64,000 nucleotides of DNA from a virus. Each line of letters opens with the position of its first letter. Positions within the stretch are counted from its first letter, which is position 1. The translations under genes and the position numbers were made by a program. Location: the IMG/VR virus record IMGVR_UViG_3300022221_000006, positions 10,180-74,179 of that record; one strand, 5' to 3'. The notes under the pieces are model-generated. The model did no database searches. It saw only the letters and a list, made by a program, of their open reading frames with translations, and was not told where the DNA came from. This document shows, piece by piece, positions 62,764-64,000 of the stretch.

Positions 62764-63885
62764 ATGGGTACATACGCAGTAATCGGTCTAGCTTTCGGTG
62801 ACGAAGGAAAAGGCCTTGTAACAAACGCTCTCTGTCAATCTCTAGAGAACCCTTTGGTGATTCGCTATAGTGGAGGTCAACAAGCAGGACATACAGTAGT
62901 AACCAATAAGGCGAAACATGTCTTTTCAAACTTTGGGAGTGGTACACTGGCGGATGCGCCTACGCATTGGTCAGGTACTTGCACATTTGATCCACAAGGG
63001 ACTCTAAAGGAATTTCATGTCTTGAAGACCAAAGGGATAAATCCTCGCCTTTATATTGATAGTGAGTGTCCTGTGACAACACCTTTTGAGAAGATGATAA
63101 ATCAGACTTGTCAAAAGACCCTCATGGATGGAACCTGTGGAGCAGGTGTCGGCGCTACTCACGAAAGGGAAGCAAAAGGGTTCTCTCTAAAGGCTATTGA
63201 CTTAGTTCACCCTATTGTATTTAATATGAAAGTGGAGCGGTTGTGGGATTTCTACAAGGGTCTTACGTTACATGCAAAAGTGGTAGCAAAGATGACTGAG
63301 TTCAAATTAGATGTACTCACTCTGATGCAGAAAGAAAGTATTCATGTACTAGCGAATGACTATGATGAACGTTTCGATAACATCATTTTTGAAGGGTCGC
63401 AGGGACTTCTTTTAGATGCTGAATATGGATTTTATCCTCATGTGACACGTTCACGGACAGGGACTGAGGCTTTTAGAGGATTTGATGTAGATCGATATTA
63501 TCTAGTAACAAGAGCATATCAAACACGACACGGTAATGGACCTATGACAAATCTGGATATTCCTCTTTCTATTATGAACAACCCAGACGAGACGAACGTA
63601 GCAAATCAGTATCAAGGGTTATTTCGAAAGACGGTTCTTGATGTATCTCTACTGAAGTATGCGGTAGAAAGGGACCCTCGCTTAGTTGAGTCTCATCATA
63701 AGTCTACACTAGTCATCACTTGCTGTGATCAATTGATAGCCCCTTATACTTTTACAGAGAATGGGAAGTTGCATAGCTACAGGACGCTAGAAGAGTTCGC
63801 AACGGCTATTTGTTGCCGTCTCAAGCTTCAAGACTACGTCATCGTAAACAGCCCGGATCAGAAAGATTTAGTGAGGAAGCTTTAA
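62764..63885 (+). CDS. Divergent adenylosuccinate synthetase (PurA-superfamily)
   Basis: FGDEGKG P-loop, RYSGGQQAGHT, FEGSQGLLLD...YPHVT.S, RAYQTRHGNGP. Confidence 0.85.
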   Translation: MGTYAVIGLAFGDEGKGLVTNALCQSLENPLVIRYSGGQQAGHTVVTNKAKHVFSNFGSGTLADAPTHWSGTCTFDPQGTLKEFHVLKTKGINPRLYIDSECPVTTPFEKMINQTCQKTLMDGTCGAGVGATHEREAKGFSLKAIDLVHPIVFNMKVERLWDFYKGLTLHAKVVAKMTEFKLDVLTLMQKESIHVLANDYDERFDNIIFEGSQGLLLDAEYGFYPHVTRSRTGTEAFRGFDVDRYYLVTRAYQTRHGNGPMTNLDIPLSIMNNPDETNVANQYQGLFRKTVLDVSLLKYAVERDPRLVESHHKSTLVITCCDQLIAPYTFTENGKLHSYRTLEEFATAICCRLKLQDYVIVNSPDQKDLVRKL

Positions 63886-64000
63886 ATGTTCATACAAAGG
63901 TGTCTAAAGGCACAGGAGAAAAGACGTATGGAAAAGTTAGATCATCTTATACGCTGGGTTGCCAGTGGAGGGAAGATGGCTGGACATGATTCTAAGGACA

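Noticed and set aside
62764-63885. PurZ / 2-aminoadenine (Z) genome
   Set aside because: The P-loop has the PurA-type Asp (GDEGKG), not the PurZ Ser. The gene is linked to vWA rather than clustered with the HD, MazG or polymerase genes.
1-64000. Integrase, repressor, transposon or reverse transcriptase/DGR
   Set aside because: No such motifs recognised in any ORF, and no TR/VR-like repeat pair noticed.

Overview
The window is a ~64 kb slice of a lytic tailed dsDNA phage, probably a long-tailed siphovirus with a Gram-negative, possibly marine, host. All credible genes are on the + strand. 1-30.6 kb is the virion module: a truncated tail-fibre-like gene, small accessory genes (including a CheY-like receiver), portal, a 1539-aa protein, scaffold, major capsid, neck and tail genes, tail chaperones with a -1 frameshift, a 2573-aa tape measure and tail-tip genes. 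30.7-32.7 kb holds an OMP-like protein, a cupin and lysis genes. 32.8-64 kb holds early and replication genes: a T7-family RNA polymerase, SSB, family-A DNA polymerase, exonuclease, primase-helicase, class II RNR, ligase, HD and MazG hydrolases, peptide deformylase, vWA and a divergent PurA-like enzyme. The standout is the 1539-aa ORF after the portal. It is a MuF/SPP1-gp7 minor head protein fused to a complete T7-superfamily RNA polymerase, so it is a candidate virion-packaged, injected RNAP. A second, stand-alone T7-like RNAP and two distinct repeated promoter-like motifs (a 30-bp hairpin motif x3 and a 17-bp motif x3-4) suggest a self-contained two-polymerase transcription cascade. A repeated two-hairpin intergenic element (x4) and adjacent minigenes are unexplained. 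All calls come from reading motifs by eye; no database searches were run.
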